NCBI GenBank assembly: GCA_963724295.1
Contig: CAVRUC010000002.1
Location: forward strand, 256,001 to 320,000
Length of the DNA stretch: 64,000 nucleotides
Direction of reading: 5' to 3'
DNA from: an uncultured Chloroflexia bacterium
GTDB taxonomy: Bacteria > Chloroflexota > Chloroflexia > Thermomicrobiales > UBA6265
Position 1 is the first letter of the stretch. Each line of letters starts with the position of its first letter. The position numbers were made by a program, and so were the translations under genes. The notes below the pieces were generated by a model. That model ran no database searches. It saw only the letters and a program-made list of their open reading frames with translations, and had not been told where the DNA came from. This document shows positions 18,497 through 28,073 of this stretch, piece by piece.

Positions 18497-19519
18497 GTGG
18501 AGCCATTCCGCCTCTTCGCCGCCACCGGCGATGCCGTCGCCCAGCTCGATAGCCTCAATGGGGAGACCATTGACGTCTCGCTCAACCTCGAGGGCCGGGG
18601 CGTCATGTGTGTCGCCGTCGATCCCCATGATCCGGAGCGGATATTCGCCGGTACCTTCGACCGGGGGATCTACCGCAGCCGCGACGGCGGAGACGTCTGG
18701 GAGTCGGTGGGGGCGGGGATGGCCGACGCGCGGGTCCTCTCGATCGCGATCTCCCCGTGCGACTGGGTCAATGGGCGATCGGTGGTCTTTGCCGGGACCG
18801 AGCCCAGCATGCTCGTTCGCTCGGAAGATGAGGGCGACACCTGGCAGCCGTCTCCGGCGCTCACCGAGCTGCCGAGCGTGCCGACCTGGTCGTTTCCACC
18901 CCGGCCCTACACGCACCACGTGCGCTGGATCGGTCTGCACCCGACCGACCCCGCCACGATCTATACCGGTATCGAGCTGGGCGGGGTGATGATCACGCGG
19001 GACGGTGGCGCCACCTGGGAGGATCGCAAGCCGGGCTCCCAGCACGACGCCCACGCTATCGCTACTCACCCGGCGGCGCCGGACCGCGTCTACGAAGCGG
19101 GAGGCGGTGGCGTGGCATTTTCCGGCGACGCCGGGGTGACCTGGCGCCCTGTGGACGAGGGGATGGACCGGCACTACACCTGGGGGCTGGCGATCGACGC
19201 CGTGGACCCTGACCTCTGGTACGTCTCGGCCAGCCATGGCGCGCGTACCGCCCACCGCAACAACGGCGACGCCCAAGCAATCCTCTACCGGAAGCGAGGC
19301 GACGCGCCGTGGGAAGCGCTCGGTGGGAACGGTTCGGGGCTGGAGCGCCCGCTGTCCTACATGCCGTACGCGCTCATCGCCCTACGGGATCGGCCGAACA
19401 CGCTTATCGCCGGCTTGCAGAACGGCGACCTGCTCCTGACTGATGACGCCGGAGAGAGCTGGCATACCCTCCACACCGGTCTCGACGGCCTGCTGGCGCT
19501 CAGCGAGAGCGCTCTCTAA
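18497..19519 (+). CDS. BNR/Asp-box beta-propeller protein
   Basis: Repeated SxDxGxTW boxes (SRDGGDVW, SEDEGDTW, TRDGGATW, SGDAGVTW, TDDAGESW). Confidence 0.88.
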   Translation: MEPFRLFAATGDAVAQLDSLNGETIDVSLNLEGRGVMCVAVDPHDPERIFAGTFDRGIYRSRDGGDVWESVGAGMADARVLSIAISPCDWVNGRSVVFAGTEPSMLVRSEDEGDTWQPSPALTELPSVPTWSFPPRPYTHHVRWIGLHPTDPATIYTGIELGGVMITRDGGATWEDRKPGSQHDAHAIATHPAAPDRVYEAGGGGVAFSGDAGVTWRPVDEGMDRHYTWGLAIDAVDPDLWYVSASHGARTAHRNNGDAQAILYRKRGDAPWEALGGNGSGLERPLSYMPYALIALRDRPNTLIAGLQNGDLLLTDDAGESWHTLHTGLDGLLALSESAL

Positions 19520-19521
19520 GT

Positions 19522-20067
19522 TCAGGCAAAGATCTCCGCGACAGGCACGCTGAATCCGGGAAGCACGTCGCCGCCGTCCAGCGTGTCTCCTGATTGCAAG
19601 ACTCTGGTCGATTTGCCGGACGCAATGACGGTAATCGTGGTCTGCTCCGGATCGACCAGCCAGATCAGCGGGACACCCGCCTCCTGATACATCTCCATTT
19701 TGGCGACCACTTCGCTTGCGCGGTCTGATGAAGAAAGGACCTCTACCACGAGATCGGGTGCGAGGCGGGGGAAGCTTCGGCGTGCTTGACCCTGAGGTGC
19801 TCTCTCTGCCCGGACAAACGCGACGTCCGGAACGCGCACCGTAGGTCGGTCTGGAAAGAGGACAAATCCCCCATCCGCGCCATAGAGGCGCCCCAGACGA
19901 CCGGCGCGCACGTGCGACCACAGTAAGCCGAGGATCGTTGCTCCAACGCTTGATGACTCATCCGCCGACGGCGTCATCTCGACCGGTTCCCCATCGATCA
20001 GCTCCCAGCGACCCTCACGAGGGAAGGTTTCGAACTCTTCAATGGAGATCGGGCGAGTGGCAACCAT
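19522..20067 (-). CDS. Uma2 family endonuclease
   Basis: WELIDGE, RVPDVAFV, APDLVVEVLS, Y.EAGVPLIWLVDP. Confidence 0.92.
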   Translation of the reverse strand: MVATRPISIEEFETFPREGRWELIDGEPVEMTPSADESSSVGATILGLLWSHVRAGRLGRLYGADGGFVLFPDRPTVRVPDVAFVRAERAPQGQARRSFPRLAPDLVVEVLSSSDRASEVVAKMEMYQEAGVPLIWLVDPEQTTITVIASGKSTRVLQSGDTLDGGDVLPGFSVPVAEIFA

Positions 20068-20106
20068 GGAGACTACATCCCTACATGCCGGGTACCGGCC
20101 TCATGC

Positions 20107-21678
20107 TCAGTCCGCCGCCGCGACTGCCTCGCGCTCCCGCTCCTTCACCTCGACCGCGTGCTCGGGTCGCCAGCGCAGGTTGAGCGCGCGGTTGGCTGCG
20201 ACCTCGTCCAGCCGCTTGTACTCCGTGGTGTGCGGCGCCTGCTGCACCACCTCCGGCGTCTCGGCGGCCTCGTGCGCGATCTGGCGCATGACGCCGATGA
20301 AGTGATCGAGCGACTCGATCGACTCCGTCTCCGTCGGCTCGATCATCAGCGCCTCGGGGACGACCAGCGGGAAGTAGACCGTCGGCGGATGGATGCCGAA
20401 GTCGAGGATGCGCTTGGCGATGTCGAGGGCTCGTACCCCTTGCGCCTTCTGCCGGGTGGCGGAGAAGACCGTCTCGTGCATGCAGGTGCGGTCGCCGAAC
20501 GGCTGATCATAGAGATCGCGCAGGCTGGCCCGGATGTAGTTGGCGGCGAGGACGGCATCCTCGCTCACCTGGCGTAGCCCGGCCGCGCCGTGCATGCGGA
20601 TGTAGGTGTAGGCGCGGACGAACATGCCGAAGTTGCCGTGGAAGGCGTGCAAGCGACCTATGCTCTCCTCCGGCTGGAAGAGCTCGAAACGGTCGGAGGT
20701 CGGAGGTCGGAGGTCGGATGACCGAGGTTCGGAATCCTTCTCTCTTCCGACTCCCGACTCCCGACCTCCGACTCGTCTCACCCGCGGGCCGGGCAGGAAC
20801 TTCGCCAGATCCTGGCGCACGCCGACCGGTCCCGAGCCGGGACCGCCGCCGCCATGTGGGGTGGAGAAGGTCTTGTGCAGATTGAAGTGCATGATGTCGA
20901 TGCCGAGATCCCCGGGTCGCGCGATACCGAGAATGGCGTTGAAATTCGCGCCGTCGTTGTAGACCAGACCGCCCGCCTGGTGGACGGCCGCGACGATCTC
21001 CTCGATGTGCTCGTCCCACAACCCGAGGGTGTTGGGGTTGGTGATCATCAGCCCGGCGGTGTCCGGGCCAACGGCCGCCCGCAGCGCCTCCAGATCGCAG
21101 TTGCCGCGCGCATCCGAAGGGATCGTCACGACCTGGAATCCGGCCATCACCGCGGTCGCGGGGTTCGTGCCATGGGCGCTGTCCGGGACCAGGATCTTGG
21201 TGCGTCCGGTATCGCCGTGGGACAGATGCCAGGCGCGGATGACGAGGCAGCCGGTCAGCTCGCCCTGGGCGCCGGCCACGGGCTGCAACGCGACCTCGTC
21301 GAAACCCGATATCTCACCCAGCATCTCCTGCAGCTCACACATCAGCTGCAATGCGCCCTGGACGGTGCTGGGGTCCTGGTACGGGTGGATATTGGCGAAG
21401 CCCGGCAGCCGAGCGACGACCTCGTTGATCTTGGGGTTGTACTTCATCGTGCAGGATCCCAGGGGGTACATGCCGATGTCGATGGCATGGTTCTTCTGGG
21501 AGAGACGCGTGTAGTGCCGGATGACGTCGATCTCGCTGACCTCAGGCCAGTCGAGACGCTCGCGCGTCATCCCCTCCGGCAGCGGCGTCTCGGGCACATC
21601 CGGTTCGGGAAAGCGCACGCCGCGCCGCCCGGGTTTGCTCAATTCAAAGATCAGCGGCTCGACCGCCATGCTTGCCAT
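20107..21678 (-). CDS. gcvPB: Glycine dehydrogenase (decarboxylating) subunit 2
   Basis: [52 protein letters not shown]. Confidence 0.96.
   Translation of the reverse strand: MASMAVEPLIFELSKPGRRGVRFPEPDVPETPLPEGMTRERLDWPEVSEIDVIRHYTRLSQKNHAIDIGMYPLGSCTMKYNPKINEVVARLPGFANIHPYQDPSTVQGALQLMCELQEMLGEISGFDEVALQPVAGAQGELTGCLVIRAWHLSHGDTGRTKILVPDSAHGTNPATAVMAGFQVVTIPSDARGNCDLEALRAAVGPDTAGLMITNPNTLGLWDEHIEEIVAAVHQAGGLVYNDGANFNAILGIARPGDLGIDIMHFNLHKTFSTPHGGGGPGSGPVGVRQDLAKFLPGPRVRRVGGRESGVGREKDSEPRSSDLRPPTSDRFELFQPEESIGRLHAFHGNFGMFVRAYTYIRMHGAAGLRQVSEDAVLAANYIRASLRDLYDQPFGDRTCMHETVFSATRQKAQGVRALDIAKRILDFGIHPPTVYFPLVVPEALMIEPTETESIESLDHFIGVMRQIAHEAAETPEVVQQAPHTTEYKRLDEVAANRALNLRWRPEHAVEVKEREREAVAAAD
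20691..20774. repeat. Inverted pair of heptamer arrays inserted in frame in gcvPB
   Basis: (GGTCGGA)x4 ... (TCCGACT/CCCGACT-type)x4; encodes [27 protein letters not shown]. Confidence 0.85.
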
Positions 21679-21828
21679 GCTCCCGAACTGACGGGCAGTT
21701 TTCGCCCCGACGATCGCTCAAAACCTCGCGATGGTAGCACGGTCGAGAGGACCCACTTCGCGTCAAGCAAAGGCAAGAAAAGGTGCGTGCTATCCTCGTC
21801 AGACGGCGGATGTAGAGGAGATCACGAC

Positions 21829-22200
21829 ATGCAGATGAAGTTGGAAGTGGTCCACGTCCCTGTTTCGGATGTCGACCGCGCCAAGGCGTTCTATACCGAG
21901 CAGATCGGTTTCAACGCCGATCATGACCACCAGGTCAACGATGAGCTCCGTTTCGTTCAGTTGACCCCGCCCGGGTCCGCCTGCTCGATTGCTATCGGCA
22001 CCGGGCTGACGCAGATGGCGCCGGGCTCGGTCGAAGGGCTGATGATGGTTGTCCCGGACGTGCAAGCGGCGCGCGATGAGCTGATCCGACGCGGCGCCGA
22101 CGTGAGCGAGATCGACGTTCAGGCCTGGGGATCATTTGTCTATTTCAGCGATCCTGACGGGAACTCCTGGGTATTGCAGCAGTTGCCCGATCGCGGCTAG
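21829..22200 (+). CDS. VOC/glyoxalase family protein
   Basis: VPVSDVDRAKAFY, FVQLTPPGS, FSDPDGNSW; SD GAGGAG. Confidence 0.92.
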   Translation: MQMKLEVVHVPVSDVDRAKAFYTEQIGFNADHDHQVNDELRFVQLTPPGSACSIAIGTGLTQMAPGSVEGLMMVVPDVQAARDELIRRGADVSEIDVQAWGSFVYFSDPDGNSWVLQQLPDRG

Positions 22201-22239
22201 TGGCCTCGCGTTGAAAAGGAGTGATGCGCCGGCTGGAGA

Positions 22240-23463
22240 CTACGCCGGGAGCCCCGCGAAGCGCGGCGGGTCACCGTCCGCGAGCGCGGCCAATTGGGAC
22301 GGGTCCATCCCGTAGCTGGCAGCCAGCACGGCCGGCGGGAATCCCGACAGCACCTGCGAGAGCCCGAGGGCGATGCTCGTGGTCGCGTCGTGGAACAGGA
22401 TGATCTGGGCCGGCTCCGCCCCCACGCTATCGAGGTAATGAAGCCAGTTCACGGGCACGAAGGCCAGATCCCCGGACGTCAACACGTCCGCCTGCGACGC
22501 TCCATTCGGACCGATGATGCCGACCTCGACCTCGCCTGAGAGGACGAAGCAGACCTCGTCCGCGGCCGGGTGCCAGTGCGGTTCGCTGATCGCGTCGGGT
22601 TCGAGCGTCATCAACGTGGTCGTGATGCCGACAAGCGCCGGGATGTCCGCGGCTGTTGCGCCGCTCCCGGCGCTAGGGCCGGTGGACGCTCCCGCCAGGT
22701 CGTCCATGCGGACGGTGTAGCGCGCCGCGGCCGGGTCGTCTGGACCCGTGGGCAGGGCCGCCGTGCCACCCGGCACCGGAGCCACGAACGGCTTGGCCAC
22801 CGTGGGGAACGGCGGGACGTCGCCCAGCGCCACGCCCGCCGCCCTGGCGATCACCGCCGCTGGAAGCGGTGGCATCATCTGCGAAAAATCGATCGTCGCT
22901 GGTTGCTGGTGATCGAAGCCAAGCAGGATGCGTAGCGGCTCGTCGCCGGTCGCCCAGAACGCGTGCGGCAGTCCTTTGGGAGCGAAGAAGACGCTGCCCG
23001 GGTCGAGCGCGAAGGCGACCGCATCCCCATCTTCGTCCAGGAGCACCATCTGACCCACGCCGCCAAGGCACCAGCCGAGCTCGCCGGCATTGTTGTGCCA
23101 GTGCATCTCGCGTGTGTCGTCCGGGCCGACCTCGAACACCGCCAGCGAAAGCCCCGACAGCGCCGGAAACTCCGTGGCTCTGGCGAACCGCACGCTCGCG
23201 CCGGATGCAAAGTCGACCGGGGGCGAGTCGCCGAGCCGGTAGAACAGGGATTCAGCCGCGGCGGAAGGCGGTGTCGCCGGCGCGGTGGGATCCGCGGCCG
23301 TCGGAGTGGACTGCTCGAGCCACGCCTCGGTCCGGGCCGGTCCCGCCGCCAGCAGTGCCCCTACCCCGGCGCCGCCACCAAGCAGCCGCAACGCCGCGCG
23401 CCGGCTGCTCCGCCCTGAGCTCTCGCGGTCGCTACCACCAACCGGGCTGAGCGAATCGTCCAT
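22240..23463 (-). CDS. Tat-exported bicupin, oxalate decarboxylase-like
   Basis: SRRAALRLLGG; REMHWHNNAGE...H and SEPHWHPAADE...H cupin motifs. Confidence 0.82.
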   Translation of the reverse strand: MDDSLSPVGGSDRESSGRSSRRAALRLLGGGAGVGALLAAGPARTEAWLEQSTPTAADPTAPATPPSAAAESLFYRLGDSPPVDFASGASVRFARATEFPALSGLSLAVFEVGPDDTREMHWHNNAGELGWCLGGVGQMVLLDEDGDAVAFALDPGSVFFAPKGLPHAFWATGDEPLRILLGFDHQQPATIDFSQMMPPLPAAVIARAAGVALGDVPPFPTVAKPFVAPVPGGTAALPTGPDDPAAARYTVRMDDLAGASTGPSAGSGATAADIPALVGITTTLMTLEPDAISEPHWHPAADEVCFVLSGEVEVGIIGPNGASQADVLTSGDLAFVPVNWLHYLDSVGAEPAQIILFHDATTSIALGLSQVLSGFPPAVLAASYGMDPSQLAALADGDPPRFAGLPA

Positions 23464-23576
23464 CGCCAACTCTCCTGATCGAAGCGCCAGCATCATTGTC
23501 GGTTCGACATGAATGAAGCGCAGCCACGGCACAGCCCTCAGATGGTGTCAGGGGCTCTGACGATGAACTCAGCAGC

Positions 23577-24819
23577 TCAGGCCTGGCCCGCCACCGCGTC
23601 AGTGTCGTAGCGGTAGCCAAGGGCGGTCGAATCGAGCACGTCGCGCGGGGTGACCATCAGCCCGATGTGGGAGAAGGGCCACATGTGATCGTCGAGGTTG
23701 TGGCCGATCGGTCCTCCGGAGACGGGCAGATACTCTTGCCCGTGGCGCCGCATCCATTCGTTCCAGATGCGATCGATGTTGGCATGGTGCAGCCAGAAGA
23801 CCGGATCGTTGAGCGAGGAATTGGCGGCCATCGTGCCAAACAGGTTGGGACGCGTCATCATCAGCTGCTGGGGTCGCCACCACGGCAGCAGCGGGAGAGC
23901 CATCGGGATTGTGATCACGACCACCTTCGTGAGCGAGCTTGTATTCTCCGGCGATCCAGAGATGAACCCCGTTGTGGAAGTTGTGGGGACCAGTGCAGAC
24001 CGGATAATGCCCGTCTTCGGGATCGCAGCTTTCTGACACGCAATCCTGCCAACCCTCCAGAGCGTTGCGAAAGCTGCTGCCGGGTGTCAGCATCGTGTTC
24101 CAGGGCGCCACATCGTAGACCGGAATTGACAGGGCCACCTCGAGTTGCTCGACCGTCGGCAGATTGGGCGCGAGATGGCCCGCGCCGAACTGGCGAACGA
24201 GGAATGGCAGGCGCTGCTGATCGCTGTAGTCGAAGATGTTGATCGTCCACGCCCCCTTGCGGAACGGTCCGGTGGTGACCGCGTAGTCGGCCGCCGGATC
24301 ACCGTTGCCACCCATGAGGTCGTCGCCCCAGACGGCGGCGTCGTGAGTGTTGTCGACAGTCCAGTCCCAGTAGGGCACCGTCACGGTCGGCTCGATCAAC
24401 CGCAGCTGCTCTTCGAAGAGGAGCACGAACTGCCGGTGCCAGGGGAAGAAGGCCGGACCCATGTGCGCCGCCATCACCGCGCAGCCGAACGCATCCCGGT
24501 GCCAGAGGACGAAGGTGTCGTAGACGCTCAGTCCGTCCACCCAGGGCGAAGGCTTTTTCTTCAATCCCAGCACGGCATCGACGAAGTTCAATTTCTCGTC
24601 GGCGGTCAGCGACGCCGCGTTCTTGCGGACCCGTAGCTCGCCATCCGCGACCGGCGATGCTACCGGCGTCGCGGGCTCGTCCTGTGCCGAGACGGCGCGC
24701 CGCGCGCCGGCGGCGAGGAGGGTGGCGCCGCCGAGTCCGGCGGCGCCACCAAGAAGATGACGCCTGCTCGTTGCCCGGCCGAATAGCCGCGTCACTTGGT
24801 CAAACCGCCGATCATTCAT
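23577..24819 (-). CDS. Tat-exported tyrosinase, frameshifted near 23850
   Basis: VRKN, WH..AH.GPAFFPWHR (CuA), PYWDW, FHNGVHLW; NDPVFWLHHANIDRIW lies in another frame. Confidence 0.85.
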
Positions 24820-24854
24820 CCAATGCTCCCTTTTCCGGTGATCCGTGGCGCGAC

Positions 24855-26334
24855 TTACGCGACGACCTCGACGACGCCCATCATGCCCTGATCTTCATGG
24901 TCCAGGAGGTGACAGTGGTAGACAAACTTGCCGGGGAAGTCGAGGAAGCGGGTGCGGATGACGATCTCGCCGAAGGCCGGGATCGGGGTCGTGTCCTCCC
25001 AGGAGTAGGCATCGACCGGCTCCCCATTGATCTCGACGACCTGGAAGTCGTTGACATGGATGTGGAATGGGTGCCAGTCCGGACTGGTATTGCGCAGCAG
25101 CCATTCTTCCGTCGCGCCGAGTTGGACCGTCTGATCGATCCGGTCCTCATCGAACGTGTGGCCATCGATGAGAACCTCGAACGGCTTCATCTCCTCCGAG
25201 AAGATCAGCTCGCGGCGCTTGTCGATCGCCGTTTCGCGAAGGTCCTCGAACTCGATCAGCGTCGTCGGCAGTGGCTCGGGGAGATCAACCGGTCCGGAGC
25301 TGATCAGCGATGCAATCGGGAATGCCTGGTTGAGCCTGAAACTCCAGGTCGGCTCCCCAGGGGAGTGACTGCAGCGCGTAGACCCCTTCCGGGCCGCCCT
25401 GGATGAGCACCTCGACCCTTTCGCCGGGCGCCATCACGATCTGGTCACGACTCCGTACCTCGCGCAGCGGGTTGGCGTCCGAGGCGATCTGATGCAGTTG
25501 ATGGCCATCGAGGGCCAGATTGAGAAACGTGAACGCGCTGGCATTGATGATTCGCCATCGCTGCGTTTCGCCGGGAGCGATCTCAATTGCCGGGTGAGCC
25601 TGACCGTTGACGAAGATAGCGATGACGTCCATTTTGGGGAATGAGATCATCGCGCCGTCGGCATCAAACTGGGTAGCCTGGATCACGAGCAGCCGCTCCG
25701 GGACATCGCGTATCCCCGGAAGTGCATCCAGGGCTCCCTCGACGATCAGCGCTCCGGCCATGCCTCCACTCACCTGATCCGAGGAGTAGCCGTGCATGTG
25801 TGGGTGGTACCAGTAGAGACCCGGTATGTAGAGCCCGGATGCGTCGTCATGAGGAATGGCGTATTCGTAGTTGAAGGTCTCACCCGGCATGAGGTGTACG
25901 AAGACGTTATCGCTGTTGCCCGCTGGCGAGACATGCAAGCCGTGGGTGTGCAGGTTGGTCGGCTGGTCCATCTGGTTGGTGAGCGTGACCCCCAGTGAAT
26001 CGCCGGGATGCAGGCGCATGGTCGGTCCGGGAGCATGCCCATTGAAGGTGTAGGTTGTGACCGCACGTCCGCCCATCACGGCCGGACCGAACTGGGCCTC
26101 GAGCGTGACATCCAATCGCCCATCCGCACTGCGCAGGACCGGTGGCTCCACCAGAGTCGCGCCGACCTCATAGGAGACCGGCGTCGCCGGCTGCTGTTGC
26201 GCGGAAACTACGCGGCGTCCAGCGGTGGTGAGCAAGGTGGCCCCACCGAGCCCCGCGGCGCCACCGAGAAGGTGACGCCTGGTCGTTGCCCGGCGAATCA
26301 GCCGCGTCAGTCGGTCAGAATGGTCCTCGTTCAT
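24855..26334 (-). CDS. Tat-exported multicopper oxidase, frameshifted near 25330
   Basis: TNLHTHG, YWYHPHMH; second frame has HPFHIHVN and YHCHLLDHEDQGMM. Confidence 0.85.
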
Positions 26335-26370
26335 CCGCTGCTCCTTCTGGGTAATTGCGCTCGCCGCTGC

Positions 26371-27795
26371 CTACTCGGCGACATCGACGACCGCCATCAT
26401 CCCGTGGTCCTCGTGGAACAGGATGTGGCAGTGAAAGACGAATTTGCCGGGGTAATCCATGAACGGAATGCGGATGACGACCTCGCCGCCGGCCGGGAGG
26501 ATCACGATGTCCTGAAGATTGGCGGCGTTGTATGGCTGCCCGTTGACCGAGACCACCTGGAAATCGTTGACGTGGATGTGGAACGGGTGTTGCTCCGCCG
26601 TCACGTTGCGGATCGTCCACTCTTCGACCGTACCGAGCTGGACCAGCTCGTCGATCCGATTCGGGTCAAACTGCTGGCCATTGATCTTCAAAGATGGGAT
26701 CGTCGTCGACGTCGTTGAAAAAGATGTCGCGCTCAGTCGCGATGTCGGCCGAGTCGAGGTCGCGGTCCGCGGCAACGCTCGCGGGCAGTGCCGCCGGTGG
26801 TTGCGCATCGCCCTCGATGATCAGCGTCGCGAGCTGGACCTCGGGATAGACGTGATTTCCCTGGTCGTAGATGATCGTCTCGAAGCGTAGGCGCCGACCT
26901 CTCCTGCCTGCACCAGCACGTCGAACCGTTTGCCCGGCGGCAACACCAGCGCGTCCGCGGTGCGTACGTCCCAGACGCGGGTTACCGTCTTCGGCGATGA
27001 CGTGGAACGCGTGGCCGTCAGGTGGAGTTGGTAAAAGATCTCGGCGCCGACGTTGGCCAACCGCCAAAGCTGGGTTTCGCCCGGCGCCATCGTCAGGGAC
27101 GGGTTGATCTGGCCGTTGACGGTTCTCGTCGTCGGATCACGGGGAACGTTTTCCAAGAGAATCGCGCCAGCATCGTCGAGTTGATAGTCTTTCAGCGCGA
27201 ACAGATGCTCGTCGATGCCCTGCAGGTCAGGCGGGAGCTTCTCCTGCAAGCCGTCGATGACGATCACGCCCGACATCCCGCCAAAGACCTGTTCCAGCGC
27301 CAGATGGTGCATGTGCGGGTGATACCAGAAGGTGCCAGTGGGATGATCGAGTGGAATCTCGAGGACGTATCGCGCCGTTTCGCCCGGATTCACCGTGCGA
27401 AAGATGTTGTCCGCTTCGCCCCCCGGTGAGACGTGGAGCCCGTGGAAGTGCAGATTGGTCGGCTCCATCAGGTGATTGACGAGCTCGAGCTCGATCCGCT
27501 CGCCCGGCCGCACGCGCAGCGTCGGTCCGACGAAGGAGCCATTGAAGACCCGGGCCCGGATGGGTTGCCCAGCGATTTCGACCTCTCGCTCTTCGGCGGT
27601 CAACGTCGCCCGCAGCACGCCGTCAACAGCGCGAAGCTCCATCGGTTCGGGGAAGTCGGTCTGCGCCGCCGTTGTCCCTGGCCGAGGCAGATCCACAGAG
27701 GCGACAAGACACAACACGAGCCCGAGCACGGCCAGCGCCACACGAGCGAGGCGACTTGCGGACGGTTGGCGCTTTCTGAAGAACATGACCGCCAC
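26371..27795 (-). CDS. Exported multicopper oxidase with about four frameshifts (~27020, ~26975, ~26885, ~26690)
   Basis: TNLHFHG, FWYHPHMH, HPFHIHVN, FHCHILFHEDHGMM spread over three frames. Confidence 0.8.
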
Positions 27796-28073
27796 TTCGG
27801 GTCATGGCTCATCACCTCCCCGTCGCCTGTCGTTGAGCCGCAACCGCCGCTGACGCGACCGGCCGGCGCTTTGTTTCCCGTGGCCGCCATCGTCGCACTT
27901 GCAGGTGTGGCCGTCAATTGCCAACAGGACCGGAGAAACCACAGGCTCGGCCCCAGCATGAGCCGAGCGACGTTTTCCGCCGGAACCCGTGCCCCACTTG
28001 TGCGCCGACCCAGACCCGGGTAGCGTTCTCTGCTCGTGACAAGATTCATCACCGACGCCTGGGCACGTCCATC

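Noticed and set aside
27850..27920. Cobalamin riboswitch (GCCACGGGAAAC-like string on the minus strand)
   Set aside because: Other conserved B12-element parts are not present
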